A stretch of 64,000 bases of DNA, taken from positions 828,124-892,123 of the forward strand of contig CAXXQU010000001.1 of NCBI GenBank assembly GCA_963666395.2, read 5' to 3'. Both the position numbers and the translations under genes were made by a program. Within the stretch, counting starts at the first letter, position 1; every line of letters starts with the position of its first letter. The notes below the pieces were generated by a model. That model ran no database searches and was not told the origin of the DNA. It saw only the letters and a list, made by a program, of their open reading frames with translations. Of the stretch, positions 54,295 through 64,000 are shown piece after piece. The stretch comes from an uncultured Aminiphilus sp. Its GTDB lineage: Bacteria > Synergistota > Synergistia > Synergistales > Aminiphilaceae.

Positions 54295-56163
54295 TTGGGC
54301 ATTTTACGGTTTCTTGTTTGTACGGTGTTTTTGTTGTTTTTTTACGATATTTCCGGGGCTCAGGAAATTTCTCCGCCCCCCGCGAACCGTATTGGAGCCC
54401 AGAGATATCTTTTTCAGGCCTACGATATGTACGCGAAAAATCGTTTTCCCGAAGCCCTGGCATATCTCGACCGGGCCATCGAGGAAAACACCTATCTTAT
54501 CGATTATTATCTTATGCGCGCTTTGGTGCTTCGGAGAATCGGCGATTTCTCGAAGGCCCGGAAAGAGATGGCCTATTATCTCGAAGTGCGTCCGGGGGAC
54601 CCCATTCCTCAGCGGATTGAAGAGAATCTCGAGAAATTGGAGCTTTTCACGGAAGAAGCTTTACGAGGTGTCTTGCCCCGAGAAAACTACGTTATGGAAA
54701 AGGTGCCCCTCAAAAGCCTTTTCGGAGTAACTCCCTTGATGAGGAAAAACATGGCCGGGGCCGGGAAAATAGGAATTTTCGGAAACAATCTTTTTCTTCC
54801 GGATACCCTGGGAGATCAGCTTTACATGGTGGATCTGGAAAACCCCTACAACGGAAAGGCCTTCGATACCGCTGCTCCGGTGCGGGTACTGGCCTTTCGG
54901 GAAGGAGAAATTCTCCTTTGTTCGCAAAAGGGAGATCTGCGCCGAATCCATGTGGAGACCCGGGAGGAGACCCTTTTAGGTTCTTTGGGGGAGGTTTTTC
55001 TCAAGGATGCGGTATTTCTCTCGGATTCCCTCTTGGTCTGTGCGGACTGGGGAGGGCGTCGTCTTTTCTGCGTTTCCTATCCGGAACTGGTCCCCCTCTG
55101 GGAGTGGGTACCTCCGAAAAACCCCGTGGATTTCGCGCCTCGAGGGCTCGATGTCTGCGGCAATCTCCTCGCCCTTGCGGACGGTGAGGGGGATCGGATA
55201 CTCCTTTTCGATGCGCTTCAGGGGACGTTGTTGGAGGAGTATCCCCTTTCATCTCCCCTGGATGTGGTCTGGACTGCCTGGGGAAGCCTCGGCGCGTTGG
55301 ACGAAAAGGGAAATGCCTTTCTTCTGGATCCTTCGGGGGAGTTCCACTCCTTTGCCACCCTTTCCGGAGCCTGGAGCCTTGCCCGGCGGAATATGAATCT
55401 CGTTTTTTCCCATGTTTCCGGAGAAACCCTGTGGTTTGCCTCCATGAGGCTTCCCGAGGAGTTCGATATATCCCTCTTCTGGCTTCAGTTTCCCGAGTAC
55501 AGCGCTCCCGGAGGAGCCGGGATCGCCCGGTTTCAGGGAGGACTTTGCTATCCCGTGGCGCATCTCTTTCCCCAGAATTCTCCGCTTTTTTCTCAGAGCT
55601 ACGCCGCTGCGGTATGGATGAATGCGGGATTGGAAGGGCAAGTGGAGGGAGAGGTGGCGCAAAGACGCTACACCCTTGGAGTGAGCGAAAGTCCCCTGCC
55701 CGAATGGAGAGGCCTTTCGCTCGGCATTGCCCGGGGAGCTTTTTTCGAAGGTCTTGCCCAGATCGCCCAGAGGGAAAAGGGGCTTCCGGGAAAAATTCTT
55801 CTGGATCCCCAGACCCGGCTCTCTCTGGAGGAACAGAAACGTCTTTTCGGCTATGCCCTTTTCAACGGCATTCCTCTTTCACTTCTCAAGTCGGAATTGC
55901 CTCCTTCCGCATCCCTGGTTCGTCTTTGCCGGCTTACCGGAGGGGAGGAAGGAGTCTCCCTTTCCCAAGAGCCTCCGGCGGTGGAGCGTTTATTCTATAC
56001 TCTCGCTTTTCCTCTGCCTTCGGATGTCTATCCCTCGGGCTATCCCAGCAGGTCCTTTTTTTCGCTCTTTCTGGAAAGCGGTTACTGCAGTTTTCTTGAT
56101 TGGATGCCCTTCTGGCCTGCGGGACTCGACGTATCTTCCATGGAGGCGGTGCCTCGAAATTGA
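54295..56163 (+). CDS. Secreted TPR-repeat protein of unknown function
   Basis: 622 aa with a TTG start after GGAAAGGAGGAG, a signal-peptide-like N-terminus (LVCTVFLLFFYDISGAQE), and TPR-like repeats (AYDMYAKNRFPEALAYLDRAIE...). Confidence 0.75.
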   Translation: MGILRFLVCTVFLLFFYDISGAQEISPPPANRIGAQRYLFQAYDMYAKNRFPEALAYLDRAIEENTYLIDYYLMRALVLRRIGDFSKARKEMAYYLEVRPGDPIPQRIEENLEKLELFTEEALRGVLPRENYVMEKVPLKSLFGVTPLMRKNMAGAGKIGIFGNNLFLPDTLGDQLYMVDLENPYNGKAFDTAAPVRVLAFREGEILLCSQKGDLRRIHVETREETLLGSLGEVFLKDAVFLSDSLLVCADWGGRRLFCVSYPELVPLWEWVPPKNPVDFAPRGLDVCGNLLALADGEGDRILLFDALQGTLLEEYPLSSPLDVVWTAWGSLGALDEKGNAFLLDPSGEFHSFATLSGAWSLARRNMNLVFSHVSGETLWFASMRLPEEFDISLFWLQFPEYSAPGGAGIARFQGGLCYPVAHLFPQNSPLFSQSYAAAVWMNAGLEGQVEGEVAQRRYTLGVSESPLPEWRGLSLGIARGAFFEGLAQIAQREKGLPGKILLDPQTRLSLEEQKRLFGYALFNGIPLSLLKSELPPSASLVRLCRLTGGEEGVSLSQEPPAVERLFYTLAFPLPSDVYPSGYPSRSFFSLFLESGYCSFLDWMPFWPAGLDVSSMEAVPRN

Positions 56164-56265
56164 GGCGCTCCGAGGCTCTCTCTGTTACAATAGGGGCGCG
56201 CTTCTTTTCAAGAGATCTTTTCCGGAACCTTTCGGAGAAAAAAGCTGTAGAAGCGATTTTTGTAA

Positions 56266-57393
<1,128 letters not shown>

Positions 57394-58335
57394 ATGGAGT
57401 TCGTCGCGGCGTTTTTCCATTCCCTTTCTTCCTTGAGTGCTCGGGAACTGTTTATTCTCCTTATGGCCTTGTTCGGGGGGTTTGGAGCGACCTTTCTCCT
57501 CACCCCCCTCTCCATTTCCCTCTCCTACGTCTATAAAATTCTTGATAATCCCGGAGGACGAAAGAAGCACACCACTCCCACCCCGAAAGGAGGAGGCCTT
57601 GCCCTGTGGGGAGCTCTCGTTATTTATATGCTTCTCCAAAAGGACTTCTTTCTTTTCCACGTGCTTTTTCTTACCGGGGGAACGCTGGTTTTTCTCGTGG
57701 GATATGCGGACAGCATCGTTCCCATATCCCCCTTTTTACGCCTTTCGGTGCATCTTTTTGCATCCTTTCTCGTGGTGTATTCTCAAGATTTTTCGCTTTT
57801 TTTCGGGCTGATCATGATATTATGGCTCGCGGGTTGCACCAGCGCCTATAATAATATCGACGGCATCAACGGCCTTTGTCTTTCCCTGGGGGGGATGAAC
57901 TTCCTCTTGGCTTTTTTCTTTATTCATTCCCCGGTATGGCTTTACGCCTTTGGTATGTGTCTGGGAGTGCTCATGTGGAATTTCCCCAAGGCTCAAACCT
58001 TTCTGGGAGATGGAGGAAGCACCTTGATCGGTTTTCTCTGGTCTTCTTCGATTCTTTACGGTTTCGGTATGTCTCGGAACCTGGAAGGGTTTCCCTTGCC
58101 CTTAGTTTTGGGAATGCTGTGTTTTTTGGGGGGGCTTCCCGTTTTCGATACCCTCTGTTCCGCAGTACGAAGAATCGTGCGGCGCCAATCCCCCTTTCTT
58201 CCGGATAGGGGACATTTTCATTATCTGCTTTACGATCGGGGTTTTTCTCTGGGGCAGGTTCTGGGAATTCTGGTGCCCCTGCACGGGGTGTTCGTTTTTG
58301 TAGGTCTTTTCTGGTTTTGGGTGATCACGATCTAA
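57394..58335 (+). CDS. MraY/WecA-family polyprenyl-phosphate N-acetylhexosamine-1-phosphate transferase
   Basis: 313 aa, polytopic, with motifs YNNIDGINGL and FLGDGGS. Confidence 0.9.
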   Translation: MEFVAAFFHSLSSLSARELFILLMALFGGFGATFLLTPLSISLSYVYKILDNPGGRKKHTTPTPKGGGLALWGALVIYMLLQKDFFLFHVLFLTGGTLVFLVGYADSIVPISPFLRLSVHLFASFLVVYSQDFSLFFGLIMILWLAGCTSAYNNIDGINGLCLSLGGMNFLLAFFFIHSPVWLYAFGMCLGVLMWNFPKAQTFLGDGGSTLIGFLWSSSILYGFGMSRNLEGFPLPLVLGMLCFLGGLPVFDTLCSAVRRIVRRQSPFLPDRGHFHYLLYDRGFSLGQVLGILVPLHGVFVFVGLFWFWVITI

Positions 58336-58411
58336 TCCGGAATTTTTTCGTTATCTTTATCGCGGTTTTCGGATTTCCGGATTGTGTAAAATATGCGCAG
58401 GAGGTTTTTTC

Positions 58412-59722
58412 GTGAAGAAAGATTCTTCCCAGAGAAGTCGGATGAGTATCTCCGGAGGATATCCTCTCGCCGGAACAGTACGTGCCCAGGGGGCCAAAAA
58501 TGCGGCACTTCCCATCATGGCCGCATCGCTGCTGCTTTCGGACGAGACCCTTCGGGTTTCCCGAGTTCCCCAGCTTGATGATATGACGGTGATGCGCAAG
58601 CTTCTCGGCTCTCTTGGGGTAACCGTAGAAGAACATGAAGATGAGCTTTGGCTTAGGCCTTCTCAGGAACTCTCCTGGGAAACTCCGGAATGTCTCGTAC
58701 GGCTCATGCGAGCCTCTTCTCTCGTGTTGGGGCCTCTTCTTTCCCGCTGTGGCAAGGCAAAACTTCCTCTTCCCGGAGGATGTGCCATCGGAAGCCGTCC
58801 CATCGATCTGCATCTCAAGGGACTTGCGAAGATGGGGGCGGATATTTCCCTGGAGCACGGGGCGGTGGTGGCTACCGCCAAGGAACTTCGAGGTTGCCGA
58901 ATTTACCTGGATTTTCCTTCCGTGGGGGCTACGGAAAATCTCATGATGGCGGCAATTCTTGCCCGGGGAGAAACCCTGATCGAGAACGCCGCTCGGGAGC
59001 CGGAAATAACGAACCTTGCGGAGGTACTTCGTTCCATGGGTGCGAACATTCGGGGAGAGGGCACCGGTACTATCCACGTGGAAGGAAAAGATCGGCTTCA
59101 GGGAGCCCGGGTGGCGGTCATTCCCGATCGCATCGAAGCATGTACCTACCTTCTTGCGGGCATTATGACCGGCGGTACCGTTACCGTGCGGGATATCGTT
59201 CCGGAACACATGGATGCCCTGGTGGCGAAGCTCGAAGAAATGGGACTTCTCGTTCTGGTGGAAGGGAAATCCATCACCGTTCCGGCTCAGAAAAGAGGGC
59301 GGGGCATATCCCTCAAGGCTCTTCCCTATCCTGGATTTCCTACGGATCTCCAGCCTCAGATGACCGCTCTTCTTTCTCTGGCGGAGGGAACCAGCGTTAT
59401 TCAGGACGGGGTTTTCGAATCCCGTTTTCTCCATATCAACGAACTCCAGAAAATGGGAGCGGATATTCGAATGCAGGGCAATGCGGTGGTTATTTCGGGG
59501 GTGCCCTTTTTCAAGGGAGCGGATGTGGTGGCTACGGATCTTCGAGCGGGGGCTGCCTTGGTTCTGGCAGGGCTTGCCGCAAAAGATGAGACCCGCATTC
59601 TGAACATGGGGCATGTGTATCGGGGATACGAAAATATGGAAGAGAAACTCCGAGCTTTAGGAGCCCGGGTAACCATGCTTCCCGATGAGGTTTCTGTTCC
59701 CCTGCACAGGGAGAGTTACTAG
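58412..59722 (+). CDS. murA: UDP-N-acetylglucosamine 1-carboxyvinyltransferase
   Basis: Has GAKNAALPIMAA and the catalytic loop LPGGCAIGSRPIDLH. GTG 58412 lies 7 nt after GCAGGAGG. Confidence 0.95.
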   Translation: MKKDSSQRSRMSISGGYPLAGTVRAQGAKNAALPIMAASLLLSDETLRVSRVPQLDDMTVMRKLLGSLGVTVEEHEDELWLRPSQELSWETPECLVRLMRASSLVLGPLLSRCGKAKLPLPGGCAIGSRPIDLHLKGLAKMGADISLEHGAVVATAKELRGCRIYLDFPSVGATENLMMAAILARGETLIENAAREPEITNLAEVLRSMGANIRGEGTGTIHVEGKDRLQGARVAVIPDRIEACTYLLAGIMTGGTVTVRDIVPEHMDALVAKLEEMGLLVLVEGKSITVPAQKRGRGISLKALPYPGFPTDLQPQMTALLSLAEGTSVIQDGVFESRFLHINELQKMGADIRMQGNAVVISGVPFFKGADVVATDLRAGAALVLAGLAAKDETRILNMGHVYRGYENMEEKLRALGARVTMLPDEVSVPLHRESY

Positions 59723-59737
59723 GAGGAGGAATGATGC

Positions 59738-60853
59738 ATGACATGGCTTGAAAGGCTTGTACGGAAAGCGCTTGCGGATCTGGACCCTTATCGTCCGGGA
59801 AAACCCGTTTCGGATGTGCAACGGGAATTGGGGCTTAAAAAAATCGTGCGACTTTGCTCCAACGAAAATCCCTGGCCTATTCCGGAGAGCGTTCAGAATG
59901 CGATCAACAAGGCTGCCCTTGAAGTAAATCGCTATCCCGATCCGGGAGCCTACTATCTTCGCCGGGCGGTGGCCCGGAAATGGGGAGTGGCTCCCAAGGA
60001 AGTTATTGTGGGAGCCGGCACCGAAGGGATTCTCTACGCGCTCTTTCAGGCCCTTATCGATGAAGGGGACGAGGTGGTTTTCCACACCCCCACATATCCC
60101 ATCTACCGCCTTGCCGCTCGCGCGGCGGGGGCTTCCTGTGTTCCCGTACCCATGAGCGAACGGATAAATCCCTCGGTGGAAGCCCTTGTGGAGGCTTGTT
60201 CCGAGAAGACGAAGGTCGTTATTATCTGCAACCCTAATAATCCCACGGGAACCTTTTTTACGAGGCAGGAGCTTATGGCCCTTGCGGGGGAGCTGGAAAA
60301 GAAGGAAATTCTTCTGGTGGTGGATGAGGCTTATGCGGAATACGTCACGGATTCCCGGTACGTCTCGGGGGTGGAATTGTTCCGGCAGCTCGGGCATGTG
60401 GTCATTCTTCGAACTTTTTCCAAAATTTACGGGCTCGCCTCGTTGCGGGTGGGATATGCCATCGCTCCGAAGCCCGTGGTAGAATCTTTTGCCAAGGTGC
60501 GCAGAGTGTTCGACGTGAACAGCATTGCCCAGGCGGCGGCAGCGGTGGCTTTGGAGGAATCCGCCTATGTGGAGGAGATTCGGGAAAAAACCATTCTGGA
60601 ACGAGAGCGCCTTCTTTCGGAACTTATGGATATGGGAATTCGGGTAGTTCCGACGCACACGAATTTCCTCCTTCTCGAAATGGAGGATGCGGAACTGGTG
60701 GCGGAACATCTCCTTCACGAAGGAATCATCGTCCGCCTCGGAAGCGACCTTGAAATTCCCGGATATCTCCGGGTTTCCGTGGGGCTTCCCGAGGATAACG
60801 AAAGCTTTATACTCGCTCTCCGAAAAACCATGAAACGTCTTGGGAAACGGTGA
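59738..60853 (+). CDS. hisC: Histidinol-phosphate aminotransferase
   Basis: 371 aa. The PLP-Lys context is FSKIYGLASLRVGY, and NENPWP lies near the N-terminus. Confidence 0.92.
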   Translation: MTWLERLVRKALADLDPYRPGKPVSDVQRELGLKKIVRLCSNENPWPIPESVQNAINKAALEVNRYPDPGAYYLRRAVARKWGVAPKEVIVGAGTEGILYALFQALIDEGDEVVFHTPTYPIYRLAARAAGASCVPVPMSERINPSVEALVEACSEKTKVVIICNPNNPTGTFFTRQELMALAGELEKKEILLVVDEAYAEYVTDSRYVSGVELFRQLGHVVILRTFSKIYGLASLRVGYAIAPKPVVESFAKVRRVFDVNSIAQAAAAVALEESAYVEEIREKTILERERLLSELMDMGIRVVPTHTNFLLLEMEDAELVAEHLLHEGIIVRLGSDLEIPGYLRVSVGLPEDNESFILALRKTMKRLGKR

Positions 60854-61703
60854 TTTTCGCTTGGATGAACAGATAAAAGAAATCGCTCTTCCTCGGGAAG
60901 TTCACGTTATCGCCTTCGTGGGATCCGCCGGAACCGGCAAGAGCCAGAGAGCCCAAAGCCTTTCCCGGGAGATGAAAGCGGATTATTTCATCGATGACGG
61001 ACTTCTCGTAAGCAAAGGGTCCATCCTCGCGGGGCAGAGCGCCAAGGCCGAAAGGAATCAGGTAAGCGCCATCCGGCGGGCCCTCTTCTTTCATGAGGAT
61101 CATCGGGAAGCGGTAAAAAAGATTCTGGACCCTCTGGAATCCGGCAGAATCATGATTCTTGCCACTTCCGAAGATATGGCACGAAAAATTGCTCTGCGCC
61201 TGGACCTCCCTGAACCGGAACGGTTCATACGAATCGAGGATGTGGCGAAGCCTCAGGAGATCGCAGAAGCCCGGAAGCGCCGAAAAATAAGCAAGGAACA
61301 CGTGATTCCCGTGGAACGCTCTCAGGTGCATCGAAATTTCGGAGGCAAGATCGTGCGTATTTTTTGGGGGTTTCTCCATCGAGAGGGGCATCGGGACGAG
61401 CATACGGTGGTGCGTCCCGCCTTCAGTTTTGGAGGAACCGTGAAAATTGAAACCGAAGCCATCGAAGATATGGTGCGTACCCTTTGCGAAAGGACCTCCC
61501 AGGTGGCTTCGATAAAGGAAATCAAGATCAAGCGCGAAAAGGAATCCATCATCATTCGGGTGAAGGCCACCCTTCGCATTGGAAACCAAAGCCTGGTGGA
61601 GGTGGCGAAGCTCATGCAGAAGCGCTTGCGGAGCGCGGTTTCCTTCTTTACGGGGTTGGAGGTTTATGCGGTGGACGTTTCGGTGGAAGAACTTTCGTCC
61701 TGA
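60840..61703 (+). CDS. Uncharacterized P-loop protein with an Asp23/Gls24-like C-terminal domain
   Basis: 287 aa with Walker A GSAGTGKS. The C-terminal ~90 aa (VKIETEAIEDMV...IIIRVKATLRIGNQSLVEVAKLMQKRLRSAVSFFTGLEVYAVDVSVEEL) fits the Asp23 pattern. TTG starts are possible at 60840 or 60861. Confidence 0.65.
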   Translation: MGNGDFRLDEQIKEIALPREVHVIAFVGSAGTGKSQRAQSLSREMKADYFIDDGLLVSKGSILAGQSAKAERNQVSAIRRALFFHEDHREAVKKILDPLESGRIMILATSEDMARKIALRLDLPEPERFIRIEDVAKPQEIAEARKRRKISKEHVIPVERSQVHRNFGGKIVRIFWGFLHREGHRDEHTVVRPAFSFGGTVKIETEAIEDMVRTLCERTSQVASIKEIKIKREKESIIIRVKATLRIGNQSLVEVAKLMQKRLRSAVSFFTGLEVYAVDVSVEELSS

Positions 61704-61795
61704 ACCTTTCGGGAAAATGTAATGTATGGAGTCATTCGTAATACGTTGGCGTTTTGCCGGCGAAGCGCGAAGGTAACGGAAGGAGGAAAAGGGAC

Positions 61796-62392
61796 GTGCC
61801 CCAGCAGGAACTTTCGAAATCCCAGTTGTGGAAGGCTTTGGAGCATGAAGTGGCAAGCTGTACCCGTTGTCCTCTCCATAAAGAAAGAACCCGGACGGTT
61901 TTCGGAGCCGGAGATCCTCAGGGCTCCCTCGTTTTCGTGGGGGAGGGACCCGGGGCGGATGAGGATGTCCAGGGAATTCCCTTCGTGGGCCGAGCGGGAA
62001 AACTTTTTACGGATGTTCTTTCGGCGGTGCATATTTCACGGGATCAGGTGTACATCACCAATGTCGTGAAATGCCGCCCTCCGGGAAACCGTAATCCCCA
62101 GACCGAGGAAATGCTTGCCTGTGAGCGTTATCTCTACACGCAGCTTGCTCTTATCAATCCTCGGATTATGGTGACTCTCGGCAATGTTCCCACCCAGTGG
62201 CTTTTGAAAACGAACGAGGGCATTACCCGTATTCGGGGAAAATGGTTCGAATGGAAGGGAATTCAGGTGATGCCCATGTTTCATCCGAGCTATCTTTTGC
62301 GGAACCAGTCGAACAAAAAAGGGAGTCCCAAGCATTTGACTTGGCAGGATATTCAGGAGGTTCGCCGCCGATGGGATGCCCTGGGGGCGTGA
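61796..62392 (+). CDS. Uracil-DNA glycosylase, family 4
   Basis: Has CTRCPL, GEGPGADED, FVGRAG and HPSYLLR. GTG 61796 lies 8 nt after GGAAGGAGGA. Confidence 0.88.
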   Translation: MPQQELSKSQLWKALEHEVASCTRCPLHKERTRTVFGAGDPQGSLVFVGEGPGADEDVQGIPFVGRAGKLFTDVLSAVHISRDQVYITNVVKCRPPGNRNPQTEEMLACERYLYTQLALINPRIMVTLGNVPTQWLLKTNEGITRIRGKWFEWKGIQVMPMFHPSYLLRNQSNKKGSPKHLTWQDIQEVRRRWDALGA

Positions 62393-62426
62393 AATTTTTT
62401 TCGCAAGAGAGGCGGTAGACGAGACA

Positions 62427-63152
62427 ATGTCGGAAGAGATTATGGAAACCGTTCCTAAACATATCGCCATTATCATGGATGGTAATGGCCGGTGGGCCAA
62501 AAAACGATTTCTTCCCCGCATCCTCGGACATCAGTCCGGAGTGCAGGCGGTGGAAAGAACCATTCGATTCGCGAAGGACCGGGGTATTCCGGTGCTTTCC
62601 TTTTACGCTTTTTCGACGGAGAACTGGCGCCGTCCTTTGGAAGAGGTTTCGGGACTCATGGGGCTTTTCCGCTATTTTACGGTAAGCAAACTCCGGGCCA
62701 TGAAAGAGGAGGGCGTGCGCATCCGTTTTGTGGGGCGATCCCGGGAACTCCCGGAGGATGTTTACGATATTCTCCGGCATGCGGAGGAGGAGACCCGGGA
62801 GTGCTCCGCCATTCAAGCGTACTTTTGCCTGAACTACGGAGGTCGTCAGGAAATTCTCGATGCCGTGGCGGCTCTCCTTCGGGAAGAACCTTCCTCTCTT
62901 CCGGAGAAGCTCACGGAGGAATATTTTTCCCGCTATCTCTACGCGCCGGATCTGCCGGATCCGGATCTTATTATCCGTACCAGCGGAGAAAATCGCCTCA
63001 GCAATTTCTGGCTTTGGCAGAGTGCTTACAGCGAACTGTATTTTACGGAAGTTCTTTGGCCCGATTTTTCGGAGCGGGACTTTGAGGCGGCCTTGGAGGC
63101 CTATGGAAAGAGGGAGCGGCGTTATGGCGGAACAGAACCAGGTGCCCTTTGA
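62427..63152 (+). CDS. uppS: Isoprenyl transferase (undecaprenyl diphosphate synthase)
   Basis: Has [10 protein letters not shown] and [15 protein letters not shown]. Confidence 0.95.
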   Translation: MSEEIMETVPKHIAIIMDGNGRWAKKRFLPRILGHQSGVQAVERTIRFAKDRGIPVLSFYAFSTENWRRPLEEVSGLMGLFRYFTVSKLRAMKEEGVRIRFVGRSRELPEDVYDILRHAEEETRECSAIQAYFCLNYGGRQEILDAVAALLREEPSSLPEKLTEEYFSRYLYAPDLPDPDLIIRTSGENRLSNFWLWQSAYSELYFTEVLWPDFSERDFEAALEAYGKRERRYGGTEPGAL

Positions 63153-63990
63153 TCCTTCTCCTTCCCGGAAATCCTCGGGATCCTTCCTTTCTCAGCTCTG
63201 GAAGCGCTCCTGGGGCGCGGGGGTGGTGGTGGTTCCCATGCTCTGCGCTCTCTGGGTGGGAGGCCTGTGGTGGTTCGGCCTTTGTTCCGTGTTCTCCTTT
63301 CTCTGCCTTTTCGAATATTTTCGGCTTTTCGAAAAAAAAGCACACCTTTCCAAGGGAGTAGGATTTCTCGGAGCCCTTTTCTTCTATGTTCTCCTTTTTC
63401 TTCAGGGGCCGATCTCTCATTATCTCCTGCTTTTCACCATGGTGGTCTTTTCTCTTTTCACCGTAGAGGTTCTTCGCAAGCAGATCACGCAGCGGAGCAA
63501 CGCCTTCGCCAACGTGGGAGGCGTGCTTTCGGGGCTTTTCTATACGGTGATTCCCTGGGGGCTTCTGGTGGAAATGCGTTCTCAGCCCTGGGGATTCATC
63601 TTGGTGCTCACCCTTTTGCTTGGTACCTGGGCCTGCGATGTTTTCGCCTACCTCGTGGGAAGCTGGTGGGGGAAACATTCCTTTTGCAGCAACGTGAGCC
63701 CCAAAAAGTCCGTGGAAGGCTTCGTGGGAGGGCTTCTCGGCTCTCTTCTCGTGGCTTCCCTGTTATCCTTCTTTCTGGCACTTCCTCCCTTACCCATTCT
63801 CGTGGTGGGACTGATCTGCGGAACCTTCGGCCAAATGGGAGATCTTGTGGAATCCATGCTCAAGCGGGAGGCGGACACGAAGGATAGCGGTTCTCTCATT
63901 CCCGGACACGGTGGATTCCTCGATCGTTTCGACAGCCTGCTCATGAGTTCCGTTCTGGTCTACCTTTTCTTCGGCGTGGTCTGGCAATGA
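63124..63990 (+). CDS. cdsA: Phosphatidate cytidylyltransferase
   Basis: 288 aa, polytopic, with SPKKSVEG and [11 protein letters not shown]. It overlaps the uppS 3' end by 29 nt. Confidence 0.92.
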   Translation: MAEQNQVPFDPSPSRKSSGSFLSQLWKRSWGAGVVVVPMLCALWVGGLWWFGLCSVFSFLCLFEYFRLFEKKAHLSKGVGFLGALFFYVLLFLQGPISHYLLLFTMVVFSLFTVEVLRKQITQRSNAFANVGGVLSGLFYTVIPWGLLVEMRSQPWGFILVLTLLLGTWACDVFAYLVGSWWGKHSFCSNVSPKKSVEGFVGGLLGSLLVASLLSFFLALPPLPILVVGLICGTFGQMGDLVESMLKREADTKDSGSLIPGHGGFLDRFDSLLMSSVLVYLFFGVVWQ

Positions 63991-64000
63991 AAGATTCCAT

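Overview
This 64-kb chromosomal segment consists almost entirely of plus-strand housekeeping genes. In order: a partial MtaD-like amidohydrolase; alaS-ruvX-mutS-mutL-miaA-ispH-rpsA-def-fmt; a P-loop NTPase followed by a four-subunit 2-oxoacid:ferredoxin oxidoreductase; nudix-xerD-punA; a ThiF-like E1 enzyme; a sigma factor; tRNA-Sec; a DmpA-like peptidase; DUF1850 plus a fused TAXI-type TRAP permease; ileS; rluD; rqcH; an 8-gene tRNA operon; tig-clpP-clpX-lon-engB-valS-folC-pgeF; envelope genes; an rpiB-upp fusion; a wecA-like gene; murA; hisC; udg; uppS; cdsA. Gene content and one Synerg-CTERM-like sorting tail suggest a Synergistota-like anaerobe, but that is inference only. The only clearly accessory region is a ~7.9-kb island at 21.25-29.14 kb. 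It sits in the 3' end of tRNA-Sec and is bounded by an exact 22-bp direct repeat. It has a large tyrosine integrase at the left end and a catalytic-domain-only tyrosine recombinase at the right end. Its cargo is small unknown ORFs, a ParB-like protein, a Bro-N/KilAC protein, decayed gene fragments (thyX, two Bro-N pieces), an internally repeated 78-bp module and several hairpin-rich non-coding stretches. I found no rRNA, CRISPR array or transposase. I cannot name a complete, clearly novel system with confidence. The best candidates for follow-up are the island cargo and its non-coding structures, the second recombinase module, the RpiB-Upp fusion and a P-loop/Asp23-like fusion protein. All calls come from reading the supplied translations and the nucleotide sequence by eye. 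No searches or folding programs were run, and start codons are approximate where noted.
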